Counted from the first letter of the stretch, positions 46,089 through 58,794 are shown. The stretch is DNA of 64,000 nucleotides from Pseudomonadota bacterium (GCA_963204825.1 CAUJHN010000153.1:8163-72162); one strand, 5' to 3'. Notes: generated by a model not told the origin, from the letters alone. Numbers and translations are program-made.

Positions 46089-47843
46089 TTACATGCGCTC
46101 AGGCACCTGGATCCCCAGCAATCCCAACACGAGTTCCAGCTGTGCATTGGTCAAGGCGCAGAGCGCAAGGCGGCTGTTGCGCAGAACCACGTCGGTTTCG
46201 GAAAGTATATGGCAGTTGCCGTAGAAAGAACTGAAACCCTGCGCAAGACGGTAAGCGTACTCGCACAGATGATGCGGCGCGTAATTTTTAAGCGCGCTTT
46301 CGACGGCATCCGGCAATTCGGTTAGAAGAAGCGCCAGAGGGCGGTCAACGTCCTGCAATGAAAATGCGGGCGGCTTCCCGTCATATTCCGCCTTTTTTAA
46401 AAGGGATTTGATCCGCACGGCCTGATACAAAAGATACGGGCCTGTCTTGCCTTCGAAGCTCGTCAGGCGGTCGAGGTCGAACACATAATCCGCAACCCGC
46501 GCATTCTGAAGATCGGCGAATTTAATTGCCGCAATCGCAACCTTATGCGCGATATCCGCCTTTTCATCGGCAGACATGCCTTCACCGACATGCGCTTCGT
46601 CCATGCGCGCCCGCGCTCTTTCTTGGGCCATCGTGATAAGATCATCTAGCCGCATGACGCCGCCCGCACGCGTTTTAAAAGGCTTTCCATCAGGGCCGTT
46701 CATCGTGCCGAACCCTGCATGGGTCAATTCAACATCGTCGCGGACGATGCCGCCTTTGCGCACGGCGCGGAACACCTGTTCGAAATGCAGTGACTGGCGT
46801 TGATCGACGACATAAACCATCTTCGCGGGGTTATAGAGTTTGACGCGCTCTACAATCGTCGCCATGTCCGTCGTGCCATACATCACGGCGCCGTCGCGTT
46901 TATAAAGGATCAGCGGCGGCATTTCCTTTTTGTCGTCGTTTTGTGCGACTGGAACGATCCATGCGCCATCGCTTTCAACCGCGAAGTTCTTAGCGCGCAG
47001 GTCATCCACCATAGGCGCGATGTAATCATGCACGTCGGCCTCGCCCTTCCAAAGGTCGAAATGCACGCCGAGCGCAGTATAATTCTTTTCCATGCCCTTC
47101 ACGGACACTTTGCGGATTTTCTCCCAGAGCGAATAGTAAGGCTCTTCCTTGTTCTGCAGCTTGACCGTCGCGGCCTGTGCAAGTTCCATTAAATGTTTAT
47201 CTTCTTTTGCTGCAGCTGCTGAACGTGGGTAACGCTCCGCCATATCTTCCATCAAATCGTCAATAGATTTCTGGTCGCTTAAGTCCGTATTTTCAACCAC
47301 CGCAGTTTCATTTCTTGCAATGTAGTTATAAATAAGCATCCCCATATGCGTGCCCCAGTCACCCATATGCACATCGCCGAGCGTGTTATAGCCGGCGAAC
47401 TTCATGATTCGGCGTACGGCATCGCCGATGATCGCGGCGCGCAAATGCCCCACATGCATCGCCTTCGCGATATTCGGACCGCCGTAATCGAGCACAACGG
47501 TTTCATTGTGACCAAGGTCAGGTACGCCCGCGCGATCATCCGCGCCCGTTTCCTGTATATGTCCCGCCAGAAACGCATCCGTGACATTGAGATTGATAAA
47601 ACCCGGCCCGGCGATTTCGACCTTTGAAAAGACAGTGTTTTTTTGCAGGATTTCGACAATCCCGCCCGCAACCTCTCGCGGGTTCTTCTTTGCGGCCTTG
47701 GAGGCCGCCATAGCGCCGTTGCATTGAAACTGCGCCAGGTCCGCCCGGTCGGATACCGTCACGCGCCCAAACGCCCGGTCCAGCCCCTGCGCTTCGAACG
47801 CATCGCCCACAATCCCCGATAATTTCTGCGCCAGTGACGTCAT
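46089..47843 (-). CDS. argS: Arginine--tRNA ligase
   Basis: The class I HIGH motif appears as PNIAKAMHVGHLR. The anticodon-binding DALR domain ends in ..GIQVPERM. Length is 584 aa. Confidence 0.95.
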   Translation of the reverse strand: MTSLAQKLSGIVGDAFEAQGLDRAFGRVTVSDRADLAQFQCNGAMAASKAAKKNPREVAGGIVEILQKNTVFSKVEIAGPGFINLNVTDAFLAGHIQETGADDRAGVPDLGHNETVVLDYGGPNIAKAMHVGHLRAAIIGDAVRRIMKFAGYNTLGDVHMGDWGTHMGMLIYNYIARNETAVVENTDLSDQKSIDDLMEDMAERYPRSAAAAKEDKHLMELAQAATVKLQNKEEPYYSLWEKIRKVSVKGMEKNYTALGVHFDLWKGEADVHDYIAPMVDDLRAKNFAVESDGAWIVPVAQNDDKKEMPPLILYKRDGAVMYGTTDMATIVERVKLYNPAKMVYVVDQRQSLHFEQVFRAVRKGGIVRDDVELTHAGFGTMNGPDGKPFKTRAGGVMRLDDLITMAQERARARMDEAHVGEGMSADEKADIAHKVAIAAIKFADLQNARVADYVFDLDRLTSFEGKTGPYLLYQAVRIKSLLKKAEYDGKPPAFSLQDVDRPLALLLTELPDAVESALKNYAPHHLCEYAYRLAQGFSSFYGNCHILSETDVVLRNSRLALCALTNAQLELVLGLLGIQVPERM

Positions 47844-47948
47844 CTTAGCCGTTCTTAATAAAGTTTGACTTTTTTATATTTTCATAATATTAAAACCCAA
47901 TGAATTCCATAGGACCGCAAAAATGACTTCCGATCAAGGGGCAAAAGC

Positions 47949-49010
47949 ATGATCCGCTATCAAATGCGCGGCATTGTTCAGGCTAGAGAGGATTTTGAAC
48001 AGGCACGAAAGGGGCAGCCAAGCCCGATCCCGGGCATTATTCGCGCCATGCTCACAAGGGAAATAGGCACAAGACATTTTGATCAGCTCAAAGCATTGAT
48101 GGATCAAATTGACGAGGCCACCCCCGTCAAAATATTTCTGGATCGCGATGACCGGGGTAAAAACGTCAGCGAGCGTGTCTTGAAATACGGCTCTCTTTAT
48201 ATGGAACCACTGCCAGGAACCACACACCTGACATACAATCACGGATTGGAGTACAATAGATATATTCCTTCGGTTCTTGATATAAAGCTTGCGCAAAACT
48301 TTTTCTTCTACTACGCACGTCCGATCCCTGTGATTATACATGACCTGCAACATGTGGAGCACCGTTTTGCGCAAAGAACAGGTGGACCCATTGGATTGGA
48401 ATATAGAAGTCCCGATTTCAGAAATACCCTTTATACCTCCCTTGCAATGACGCCAGTGCTTGGCAAAGTCATGACAGGAAATGGACAAGAAGTCGTTCCC
48501 GTCATCGTGCCCCACAGGCTTGGACTATTTCTCGGGAACGCCCTTATGTGCGTGCCGGCCGACTTCGCCCCCGTTGCCTCTATCGTCGTTCAGAACCCAC
48601 CCATGAGAAACGGTGCTCTTGATACAAGATTTAAACAAACAAGAATGGGATTTGGCAGCTTCCCTTCCTTGGCCCCGCCATGGGGGCCAACTTCCATGCT
48701 TTTCCTGGATACATTCTATGGGTTTGGCCAACTCGGCTATTACCAGAAAAAAGTCCATGAAGCGTTCATGGCCGCCATAAATGACCCGAAAAATTTCGAA
48801 AATATGAGTGTCACCGCTGCGAGCTATAGAAGTGCCGGGCCCATTGCAGAAAACACACTGCCCGCAAAACAAATACAGGCATTCGTCAGAGAAATACAAA
48901 AAATAGTTTTCTCAGATGACTGGAAAGAAGCACACCGTGAATCTCGATGGATCGTACCCAACGCACAAGATCTTAGAAATTCGATCATGCCGTCGCCTGC
49001 AGTTCTATAA
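47949..49010 (+). CDS. Hypothetical protein with a His-rich HDLQHVEH motif
   Basis: 353-aa ORF with an aagggg RBS. No family recognised. Its stop abuts the gyrB stop. Confidence 0.55.
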   Translation: MIRYQMRGIVQAREDFEQARKGQPSPIPGIIRAMLTREIGTRHFDQLKALMDQIDEATPVKIFLDRDDRGKNVSERVLKYGSLYMEPLPGTTHLTYNHGLEYNRYIPSVLDIKLAQNFFFYYARPIPVIIHDLQHVEHRFAQRTGGPIGLEYRSPDFRNTLYTSLAMTPVLGKVMTGNGQEVVPVIVPHRLGLFLGNALMCVPADFAPVASIVVQNPPMRNGALDTRFKQTRMGFGSFPSLAPPWGPTSMLFLDTFYGFGQLGYYQKKVHEAFMAAINDPKNFENMSVTAASYRSAGPIAENTLPAKQIQAFVREIQKIVFSDDWKEAHRESRWIVPNAQDLRNSIMPSPAVL

Positions 49011-51470
<2,460 letters not shown>

Positions 51471-51586
51471 TTATACCCCGAATTCGAAGGAATTTTTATA
51501 GCATGCGGGGCATTTTCATCCTATAGAAAAATAGGATTTTTTGTCCGTTTTTCAACAATATAACCCATTGGAAAAACTTGCCTTTT

Positions 51587-52717
51587 TTAAAGGCTTGTGC
51601 GCGTGATTTTTCCATTCTGCACGGCCCAGAATTGCGCCCTGCTTGCAGCCGCCGAAAAAAGCGATTCATCGGTCCCCGTCATCCAGACCTGCCCCCCTAG
51701 ATCGATGAGCAGATCGAACAAAGCCGCGCGACGATTTTCATCCAAATGGGCCGCCACTTCATCCAGCAGCAGAATTGGTGGCGCGCCCCTTTCTCCGCGC
51801 ATCAAACGCGCATGGGCGAGGATAATACCAATCAGCAGCGCTTTCTGTTCCCCTGTCGAACACTGATCGGCGGGCATATCTTTTGCCTTATACCGCACAA
51901 GAAGATCTGCCTTGTGCGGCCCCGTCGCCGCACCGCCGGTTTCGGAATCGCGGGATCTCGACTGTTTTAATTGATAGGTAAAGAGCTCTTCCACTTCCAA
52001 AGCAGGCGTTTTGTAGAGCAGCTCTTCCACCGTCCCAGCCAGATGCAGCGAAGCCTTTGGAAAAAACGTCTCTTCGCGCTCATGCGCCAGATCACACGCA
52101 CGCTGCAAGCGTCCAATAAAATCAAGCCTTGCCGCCGCAATGGCCACACCTGTTTCGGCCATCTGCGCCTCCAAGGATTTAAGCCATGATGGATCGGCAT
52201 TGCCTTCACGGAGCAGTTTTGATCGCTGCGCCATTGCATTTTCATACCGCGTGACGCGGCCCGCATGGCCAGCATCAAAAGTAAAAATCAATTTGTCGAA
52301 AAACTTCCGCCGCCCCGAAGAACTATCAAGAAAAATCCGGTCCATCTGCGGCGTCAGCCATACACAGGACACATAGTCCGCCAGCGCTACCTGCGCCTTG
52401 GCGGAAGCACCGTTGATGCGAACCGTGCGCTTGCCGCTCATCGCATCCATGCCGGTGCCAAGCTGCACGACCGCACCGCCCGTTTCCACATGCGCAGCAA
52501 TCGCCCAGACATTTGACGCATCTTTTTTCTGAATGTCTTCGTTCGCCGCTGCGCGTATCCCGCGTCCCGGACACAGCAGGGAAACCGCCTCCAGAATATT
52601 GGTCTTACCCGCCCCATTGGGCCCCGTCAGCACGATCAACCCAGAATGCACGGATTCCATCTTCGCTGCGTCATAGCAGCGAAAATTATGGAGCTGTAGG
52701 GATTGGGTGTAGGACAT
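51587..52717 (-). CDS. recF: DNA replication and repair protein RecF
   Basis: LQLHNFRCY, Walker A GPNGAGKTNILEA, signature CSTGEQKALL, and Walker B ILLLDEVAAHLD. Confidence 0.95.
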   Translation of the reverse strand: MSYTQSLQLHNFRCYDAAKMESVHSGLIVLTGPNGAGKTNILEAVSLLCPGRGIRAAANEDIQKKDASNVWAIAAHVETGGAVVQLGTGMDAMSGKRTVRINGASAKAQVALADYVSCVWLTPQMDRIFLDSSSGRRKFFDKLIFTFDAGHAGRVTRYENAMAQRSKLLREGNADPSWLKSLEAQMAETGVAIAAARLDFIGRLQRACDLAHEREETFFPKASLHLAGTVEELLYKTPALEVEELFTYQLKQSRSRDSETGGAATGPHKADLLVRYKAKDMPADQCSTGEQKALLIGIILAHARLMRGERGAPPILLLDEVAAHLDENRRAALFDLLIDLGGQVWMTGTDESLFSAAASRAQFWAVQNGKITRTSL

Positions 52718-53592
52718 TATATAACAGGCCCCACCAATTTATGTATCAAGTGATCCAGCCTTGCTTGCGCAGCCTGCGCTTCATCAAAATCATTATTTCT
52801 ATAACGGCATATAATCATACTGATCAAATCGCGCTTCATTTCTGCCATCGCCATATGGACAGGATCGATTATACGGCCTGTTCTGCGTTCATATTCCCGG
52901 ACGATCTTTTCTTTTAAAAACGGCAGTTCAGACGTCAGGGAGCACAGATCATCTTCATCATGCCCCAGGCATGTTTCGGCAAAATCCAGAACTCCGGACA
53001 CGGAAAGCTCTGCCCCGAACATGATGTTGGAAATATTAAAATCACCATGAATAGGCTTTAATGCCCTGTCATCCTGCGCAAAGTAATTACGCACGGCATG
53101 CAGACGCTTTACGTCGATACCGGACAACCCTTTCGCGGTATCTGGGTCCGTCAGAATTTTATCTTCCTGCAATTCAATACCGGATGCCCGCAAAGCGTCA
53201 TGAAATTCTGCCAGAGCACCCGCCAAAGACATGGCAATTTTTGTCTTGGCTTCATCCGTCAAAGATTCAATCCGGTTTATTTCAAGTACAGATCCGGCAA
53301 GCTTGGTGCTGCGCATCCAGATGACATATTCTTCATCCTTATATATCCATCCTTTAGGAAATTCGCCGGAATCAATGACCTCCGGTATGCCAAAGGACAC
53401 CTCCTGCTTCGCCCCTGCAACCCCCCGCAGAATTTTAAGCTCATGCAGAACCTTAAGACGGCCGCTTCCCACACCGCCTTTCTCTTTGGCGATTTTCATG
53501 ACCGTGCCGTCATCCAGATCATAAACCTTACCCCACACGCCCTCGCCCAGAAGCACATGATTTTCAGGCTTGAATGTATCGATAAATGACAT
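52717..53592 (-). CDS. Protein-kinase-fold / aminoglycoside-phosphotransferase (APH)-family protein
   Basis: Gly-rich loop LGEGVWGKVY, VMKIAK lysine, catalytic loop HGDFNISNIMF, and LDFAE (DFG-like). Its stop overlaps the recF start by 1 nt. Confidence 0.75.
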   Translation of the reverse strand: MSFIDTFKPENHVLLGEGVWGKVYDLDDGTVMKIAKEKGGVGSGRLKVLHELKILRGVAGAKQEVSFGIPEVIDSGEFPKGWIYKDEEYVIWMRSTKLAGSVLEINRIESLTDEAKTKIAMSLAGALAEFHDALRASGIELQEDKILTDPDTAKGLSGIDVKRLHAVRNYFAQDDRALKPIHGDFNISNIMFGAELSVSGVLDFAETCLGHDEDDLCSLTSELPFLKEKIVREYERRTGRIIDPVHMAMAEMKRDLISMIICRYRNNDFDEAQAAQARLDHLIHKLVGPVI

Positions 53593-53664
53593 TTCTTCTC
53601 TCCAAGAACGAAGGGCACAGAATGTCTTCCGTGCCCTTCCTTGATCTTTTCTTATCAGGACCGG

Positions 53665-54780
53665 TCAGACGCGCAGTGGCATCAGAACGTAGAGGGCCGA
53701 AGCGTCGCCCGCATCCTGAATGATCGTGGGGCTTGCGGAATCCGCCAAGGTTAAACGGCAACCATCGCCTTCGATCTGGCTGGTGATGTCCATCAGATAT
53801 TTGGCGTTGAAGCCGATTTCCATGTTGTCGTTGCCGTTGATTTCAAGATCTTCCGTGGCGGAACCGGCTTCCGGAGAATTGGCGGACAGCGTCATCGTCT
53901 TGCCATTCAACGATATTTTCACGGCGCGGGACTTCCCGTCGGAAATCGTCGATACACGGTCGATCGCGCGGGAAAACGCTTTCGGGTTAACCTCCACGAT
54001 CTTGTCATTGCCCTTTGGAATGACGCGCTGATAATCAGGGAATGTCCCATCGATCAGCTTGCTTGTCAGAACGATATGATCGAACGCGAAACGGATTTTG
54101 GTTTCGGAAAGTGAAATCTGGATCGCATCGCCCGCTTCTTCCACCAGCTTACGCAGTTCGCCGACTGTCTTGCGCGGAATGATGATACCCGGCATGCCTT
54201 TCGCCCCTTCCGGCAACGGCATTTCAAAACGAGCCAGACGGTGACCATCCGTGGCCACGGCGCGGAGAACATCGACGCCGTTGTTGTCCGCGGCATGCAG
54301 GTAAATTCCGTTCAGGTAATACCGCGTTTCTTCCGTCGACATCGCGAATTTCGTACGGTCAATCAGGTTACGGAGTTCATTTGCCGGAATGGAAAAAGAT
54401 GCGGGGAGATTGCCCTGCCCGATTTCCGGGAAATCCGCAACCGGCAGGCACGCCAGACGGAAATTGGAACGCCCGGCCTTCACCGTCATCTGGTTGCCGG
54501 AATTATCGAGCTCCAGCACAACGGCGGAGTCTTCGGGAAGCTTTTTCACGATGTCGAACAGCGTCGCGGCAGGCGCGGTCGTCGCGCCCGGTTTATCGAC
54601 ATTGGCTGCGACGGATTCATTGATCTCCAGATCCATATCCGTCGTGGCAAGATTGAGCGTACCATCTTCGGCTTTCATCAAAACATTCGACAAAATCGGG
54701 ATCGTCGTCCGGCGCTCAACGGCACTCTGGACGTGGTTCAGGGCTCTCATTAGTGCCGCGCGGTCAATCGTGATCTTCAT
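53665..54780 (-). CDS. dnaN: DNA polymerase III beta sliding clamp
   Basis: MKITIDRAALMRALNHVQSAVERRTTIPILSNVL, a three-domain length of 371 aa, and a C-terminal ..YVLMPLRV. Confidence 0.97.
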   Translation of the reverse strand: MKITIDRAALMRALNHVQSAVERRTTIPILSNVLMKAEDGTLNLATTDMDLEINESVAANVDKPGATTAPAATLFDIVKKLPEDSAVVLELDNSGNQMTVKAGRSNFRLACLPVADFPEIGQGNLPASFSIPANELRNLIDRTKFAMSTEETRYYLNGIYLHAADNNGVDVLRAVATDGHRLARFEMPLPEGAKGMPGIIIPRKTVGELRKLVEEAGDAIQISLSETKIRFAFDHIVLTSKLIDGTFPDYQRVIPKGNDKIVEVNPKAFSRAIDRVSTISDGKSRAVKISLNGKTMTLSANSPEAGSATEDLEINGNDNMEIGFNAKYLMDITSQIEGDGCRLTLADSASPTIIQDAGDASALYVLMPLRV

Positions 54781-54947
54781 AGAATACAGCCTTCCAGCTC
54801 TGTCGCTTCAGTAATTACATATCAAATTTAAAGTGTGATTCGACTATAGCACAGCGAACCCGCCTGCCAAGCCGTTTTCTGCGGGTTTTCCATGGGTTTT
54901 GCTGCAAAACTTGCCACGGTGTTTTTGATCGCTTATGGTCGCGCTCT

Positions 54948-55676
54948 ATGGAACAAACAATTGTCATATATAATGATGAGGGTGTCGGTGCTTTCGGCCT
55001 GAAATGCCTGCAGAAATTTTTTGCCGAAGACGATGTCTGGCTGTGCAATGCCGACGCCGTGATTGACGGGCGCGTGCTGGAAATGGCGGATATATTCGTC
55101 ATGCCCGGCGGTGCGGATTTGCCTTACTGCAAAAAACTGAACGGCCAGGGCAATGAGAATATCCGGAATTTCGTTGAAACAGGCGGGACGTATCTTGGCG
55201 TCTGCGCAGGCGCGTATTACGCCTGCCGGGAAATTGCCTTCCACAAAGGCCGCCCCGACGAAATCTGTGGCCCACGCGAGCTGACTTTCGTTGATGCTTT
55301 AGCTGTTGGCTCACTGCCCGACCTTGCGCCCTATTACGATCTAACCCTGCATAGTGCCAGCATAGCCAATATCGTTTTAAACGATCAGACAACCAGGCAG
55401 GTCTTTTACCATGGCGGCTGTATGTTCAAACCCGGAAACGCGCCCTCATTGAATCTCCTCGCGCGTTATGCCGATTTGCCCGATAAGCCGGCAGCTGTTG
55501 TAGAAACCATTGTCGGAGAAGGAAAAGCAATTTTAAGCGGCGTCCATTTTGAAATGACGCCAAATATTCTTTCAGACCACCCCACTGAAAACAGCGATGA
55601 GCGAAACAGGCTTGCCGCGCTCATGAAGGATTTTACGACCCCCTACGCTTCATGGAAATCACTGCTCGGTCTGTAA
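54948..55676 (+). CDS. BPL_N-like / class-I glutamine-amidotransferase-like domain protein
   Basis: IFVMPGGADLPYCKKLNG.GNENIRNFVETGGTYLGVCAGAYYA resembles the biotin-protein-ligase N-terminal (GATase1-like) domain, with a Cys in the nucleophile elbow. Confidence 0.6.
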   Translation: MEQTIVIYNDEGVGAFGLKCLQKFFAEDDVWLCNADAVIDGRVLEMADIFVMPGGADLPYCKKLNGQGNENIRNFVETGGTYLGVCAGAYYACREIAFHKGRPDEICGPRELTFVDALAVGSLPDLAPYYDLTLHSASIANIVLNDQTTRQVFYHGGCMFKPGNAPSLNLLARYADLPDKPAAVVETIVGEGKAILSGVHFEMTPNILSDHPTENSDERNRLAALMKDFTTPYASWKSLLGL

Positions 55677-55682
55677 GTAAAC

Positions 55683-56504
55683 ATGTCATTTTCCCCTGAA
55701 ATACGCGTCTACAACGGCCATGGCACAAGCACGATCAGCGCTGCCGTAATGCGGGAAAGGCTGGCCGATTTTGGGTTCGGCTCCCGTTTCATAAATGAAA
55801 AGGAAATACGCCAGGAAACGCAATGGATTAATGATACGGATCTGTTTGTCTGCAACGGCGATTCCGTAACCCAATTTAAAGAAGCCATGGGAGAAGAAGG
55901 CGAACACAAACTTAAGGCCTTCGTCACGCGCGGTGGAAAATACCTCGGTATATGCGCAGGCAGTTATTTCGGGGCGACCACGATAAATTTCGTCGGCGCA
56001 CACATACAAAAAAAGCGCCATGGGCTGAGTTTTTTCAATGGCCTCGCGAAGGGTGCCCTTGAAGATATCATGGGCGGGCCTTACACAGGCTTAAGCGATT
56101 GCGCGGCGATCATAACCCTGCGTTACGCAGCCGATCTTCTGGCCGAATTCCCGGCTCTGTATTGGGGCGGGCCACATTTCATTATCCCTAGAAGAAATCC
56201 CGGCATCACCCCTCTTTTCTGGCACACGGAACCAAAATCCGCACGCCTGATGGGCGTAAAAAGCAACGTGGGGGAAAGGGGCGGCGCGGCGTTTTTAATC
56301 AGTCCGCATTGCGAACTTTCGGCAAAAAACATCGAAAGATATGTAGGGCATTTTTCGGCATCGCCCACTATCGACGAAAAACTCTGCGAACATTTTTCAA
56401 GGAATGCGAAATCTTTCGATCGGGTTTTTGAAATACTTCTATATGAAATGGGCCTGAGACAAATGCCCCAGGCCCCGGAATCCAATACGTTAATTGTAGG
56501 CTGA
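55683..56504 (+). CDS. BPL_N-like / GATase1-like domain protein (paralog of 54948..55676)
   Basis: LFVCNGDSVTQFKEAMGEEGEHKLKAFVTRGGKYLGICAGSYFG parallels the neighbour's core. Confidence 0.55.
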   Translation: MSFSPEIRVYNGHGTSTISAAVMRERLADFGFGSRFINEKEIRQETQWINDTDLFVCNGDSVTQFKEAMGEEGEHKLKAFVTRGGKYLGICAGSYFGATTINFVGAHIQKKRHGLSFFNGLAKGALEDIMGGPYTGLSDCAAIITLRYAADLLAEFPALYWGGPHFIIPRRNPGITPLFWHTEPKSARLMGVKSNVGERGGAAFLISPHCELSAKNIERYVGHFSASPTIDEKLCEHFSRNAKSFDRVFEILLYEMGLRQMPQAPESNTLIVG

Positions 56505-57929
56505 TCAGCCTGTCAGCGCGCGTTTGATGACTTCGACATCCTGCGCGAAGGAAACATCTTCACCGACCAGTTCTTCCACCTTGCGCACAGCGTGCATAAC
56601 GGTGGTGTGGTCACGACCGCCGAATTTACGGCCGATTTCTGGGAGACTCCGCGCCGTCAATTGCTTGGCGAGGAACATCGCCACCTGACGTGGACGGGCC
56701 ACGTTTCTGGAACGGCGGGCAGAATGCATGTCTGCCAGGCGGATGTTGTAATGCTCGGCCACTTTGCGCTGGATTTCATCGATCGTGATGCGGCGGTCAT
56801 GAGAACGCAGCAGATCGGAAAGAACTTCCTGCGTGGATTCCAGCGTAATCGCAGATTTCGCGACATCGGCATGGGCGACGATACGGTTCAAAGCGCCTTC
56901 GAGCTCACGAATATTGCTCACCACTTTCAGCGCGAGGAATTCAAGAACAGGGTCTGGCACATTGGCGTTCAACTGCTTTCTTTTCGCCTGCAGAATACCA
57001 AGGCGGAGTTCATATGTAGAAGGCTGAATGTCGGCCACCAATCCCCACGCCAGACGGGAACGCAATCTTTCGTCTATACCCGTCAGATCGGATGGCGCTT
57101 TATCCGCAGAGATGATGATTTGTTTGTTTTGGTCAACAAGGGCGTTGAAAGTATGGAAGAATTCTTCTTGCGTGGATTCCTTGCCGGAAATGAATTGAAT
57201 GTCGTCAATCATGAGAACGTCAACGGAGCGGAAAAATTCCTTAAAAGCCATTGTGTCGTTAGAACGAATAGCGCGAACGAACTGATACATGAATTTTTCG
57301 GCCGATAAATACATCACGCGCTTGTTGGGGTGTGCGTCTTTCATGGCCCAGGCAATGGCATGCATCAGGTGTGTTTTTCCTAAACCCACGCCGCCGTATA
57401 TAAAAAGCGGATTGAAAGGAACGGACGCACTTTCGATCACACGGCGCGCGGCTGCATGAGCAAGGGCGTTTGGCTTGCCAACAACGAAGGAATCGAACGT
57501 ATAACGTGCATCAAGGGGCGAAGCCAGATCGAAAGGATCATCCATCGTTACGGCTTTATTATCATTGCCCTTGGCTTTTTGCGCTTCGGCATCTGCCGGT
57601 GCGGTTTCCACTGCCTGCGCCGTTTGAACGACCACGATTTCCAGACGTTTTATATCGTCGTACTTCACAGAAGCCATTTCGAGAATGCGTTTGGAATAAT
57701 GCGTTTGAATCCAGTCGCGCATAAAGCGGGTGGGAACGGACACTTCCAGCGTTCCATGATAATAGGCCTGCAGTGTCAGGGGTTTCAGCCAGCTGCGATA
57801 GACAGCTTCACCGAATTCATCACGCATATCTTTATAGACAGCCTGCCATGCAGCCAAAACCTCTGGCGTTGGTGTAAAAGATTCCGTTTTGAAAGATGAT
57901 ACGCTGGATTGACCCGTTAATTCCGACAT
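56505..57929 (-). CDS. dnaA: Chromosomal replication initiator DnaA
   Basis: Walker A YGGVGLGKTHLMHA, LMIDDIQF, sensor motifs, and the C-terminal DNA-binding GGRDHTTVMHAVRKV. Confidence 0.98.
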   Translation of the reverse strand: MSELTGQSSVSSFKTESFTPTPEVLAAWQAVYKDMRDEFGEAVYRSWLKPLTLQAYYHGTLEVSVPTRFMRDWIQTHYSKRILEMASVKYDDIKRLEIVVVQTAQAVETAPADAEAQKAKGNDNKAVTMDDPFDLASPLDARYTFDSFVVGKPNALAHAAARRVIESASVPFNPLFIYGGVGLGKTHLMHAIAWAMKDAHPNKRVMYLSAEKFMYQFVRAIRSNDTMAFKEFFRSVDVLMIDDIQFISGKESTQEEFFHTFNALVDQNKQIIISADKAPSDLTGIDERLRSRLAWGLVADIQPSTYELRLGILQAKRKQLNANVPDPVLEFLALKVVSNIRELEGALNRIVAHADVAKSAITLESTQEVLSDLLRSHDRRITIDEIQRKVAEHYNIRLADMHSARRSRNVARPRQVAMFLAKQLTARSLPEIGRKFGGRDHTTVMHAVRKVEELVGEDVSFAQDVEVIKRALTG

Positions 57930-58357
57930 TTGTTGCTATCTCCACTTATATAATAGTCGTAACCAATTGTTTCACGAAACCGGTTCGCATAAAAAACGAG
58001 CAAAAAGTCCCGCTTGCGAAGAAGAGAATTCTTCACAATTTTCCAGGCAAATCGGCGATAAATGTAAGGTTTGGTCCCCTAAATTCGAATGCGCTTTATA
58101 AACACACACATACGAATTAAAAACCCGTCCTTTAACTCCAACTCTTTCCCAATAAGGGTATTAAATAAAAAGTCCTCTGATACTGCCGGAAACACGTACA
58201 CATTGTTGAATGGCCGTATCTCAGCGTGATCCCCGATGTTGAACCAGCGGGTTTTTTTGATTGCTTATGAAGTGACCCTAAAACGATTTTTTTTTGCATG
58301 CAATCGGAAAAAATAGGGAACGTTCAAAAAAGAAATAATTTAATCATTGACAGGTGG

Positions 58358-58398
58358 CAAGAAAGAAATATGGCCCGGGAAATTACTTTCCTCGGGCC
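58358..58398 (-). terminator. Rho-independent terminator after rpsT
   Basis: The minus strand reads ggcccg(a)ggaa-agtaa-ttcc-cgggcc followed by atatttctttctt. Confidence 0.65.
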
Positions 58399-58456
58399 AA
58401 CTTATTTTTATTCTCATTATATCTCAGAAGCCTGTTAAATATGACTTCCTGTTATA

Positions 58457-58729
58457 TTAGGCTTTTTGCGCAAGCGCTTTGATACGTGCGGAAAGGCGAG
58501 ACATTTTGCGAGCCGCCATGTTTTTGGAAACAAGGTTTTTTGCAACACCGCGCATCAGTTCAGGTTGAACGGCTTTGTACGCCTCAGCCGCAGCCTTTGC
58601 GTCGCCGCCTGCGATCGCCGTTTCTACTTTTTTCAGAAACGTACGGATGCGGCTCGTGCGCGCCGTATTCACTTCGTTACGGCGTGCGTTGGTACGAATT
58701 CTTTTCTTTGCGGAAGCATGGTTTGCCAT
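58457..58729 (-). CDS. rpsT: 30S ribosomal protein S20
   Basis: [36 protein letters not shown]. Basic, 90 aa. Confidence 0.97.
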   Translation of the reverse strand: MANHASAKKRIRTNARRNEVNTARTSRIRTFLKKVETAIAGGDAKAAAEAYKAVQPELMRGVAKNLVSKNMAARKMSRLSARIKALAQKA

Positions 58730-58794
58730 TGTTCGTCTTCTCTATCTTCAAATTATTGTTTTACCGTCTCTTTTTTAGAGACGAGGTACCCGGA

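Noticed and set aside
57930-58456. dnaA-upstream spacer as the chromosomal origin (oriC)
   Set aside because: By eye there is no cluster of consensus DnaA boxes and no obvious AT-rich 13-mer repeats. Alphaproteobacterial origins are usually not adjacent to dnaA. The region is kept only as a low-interest finding.
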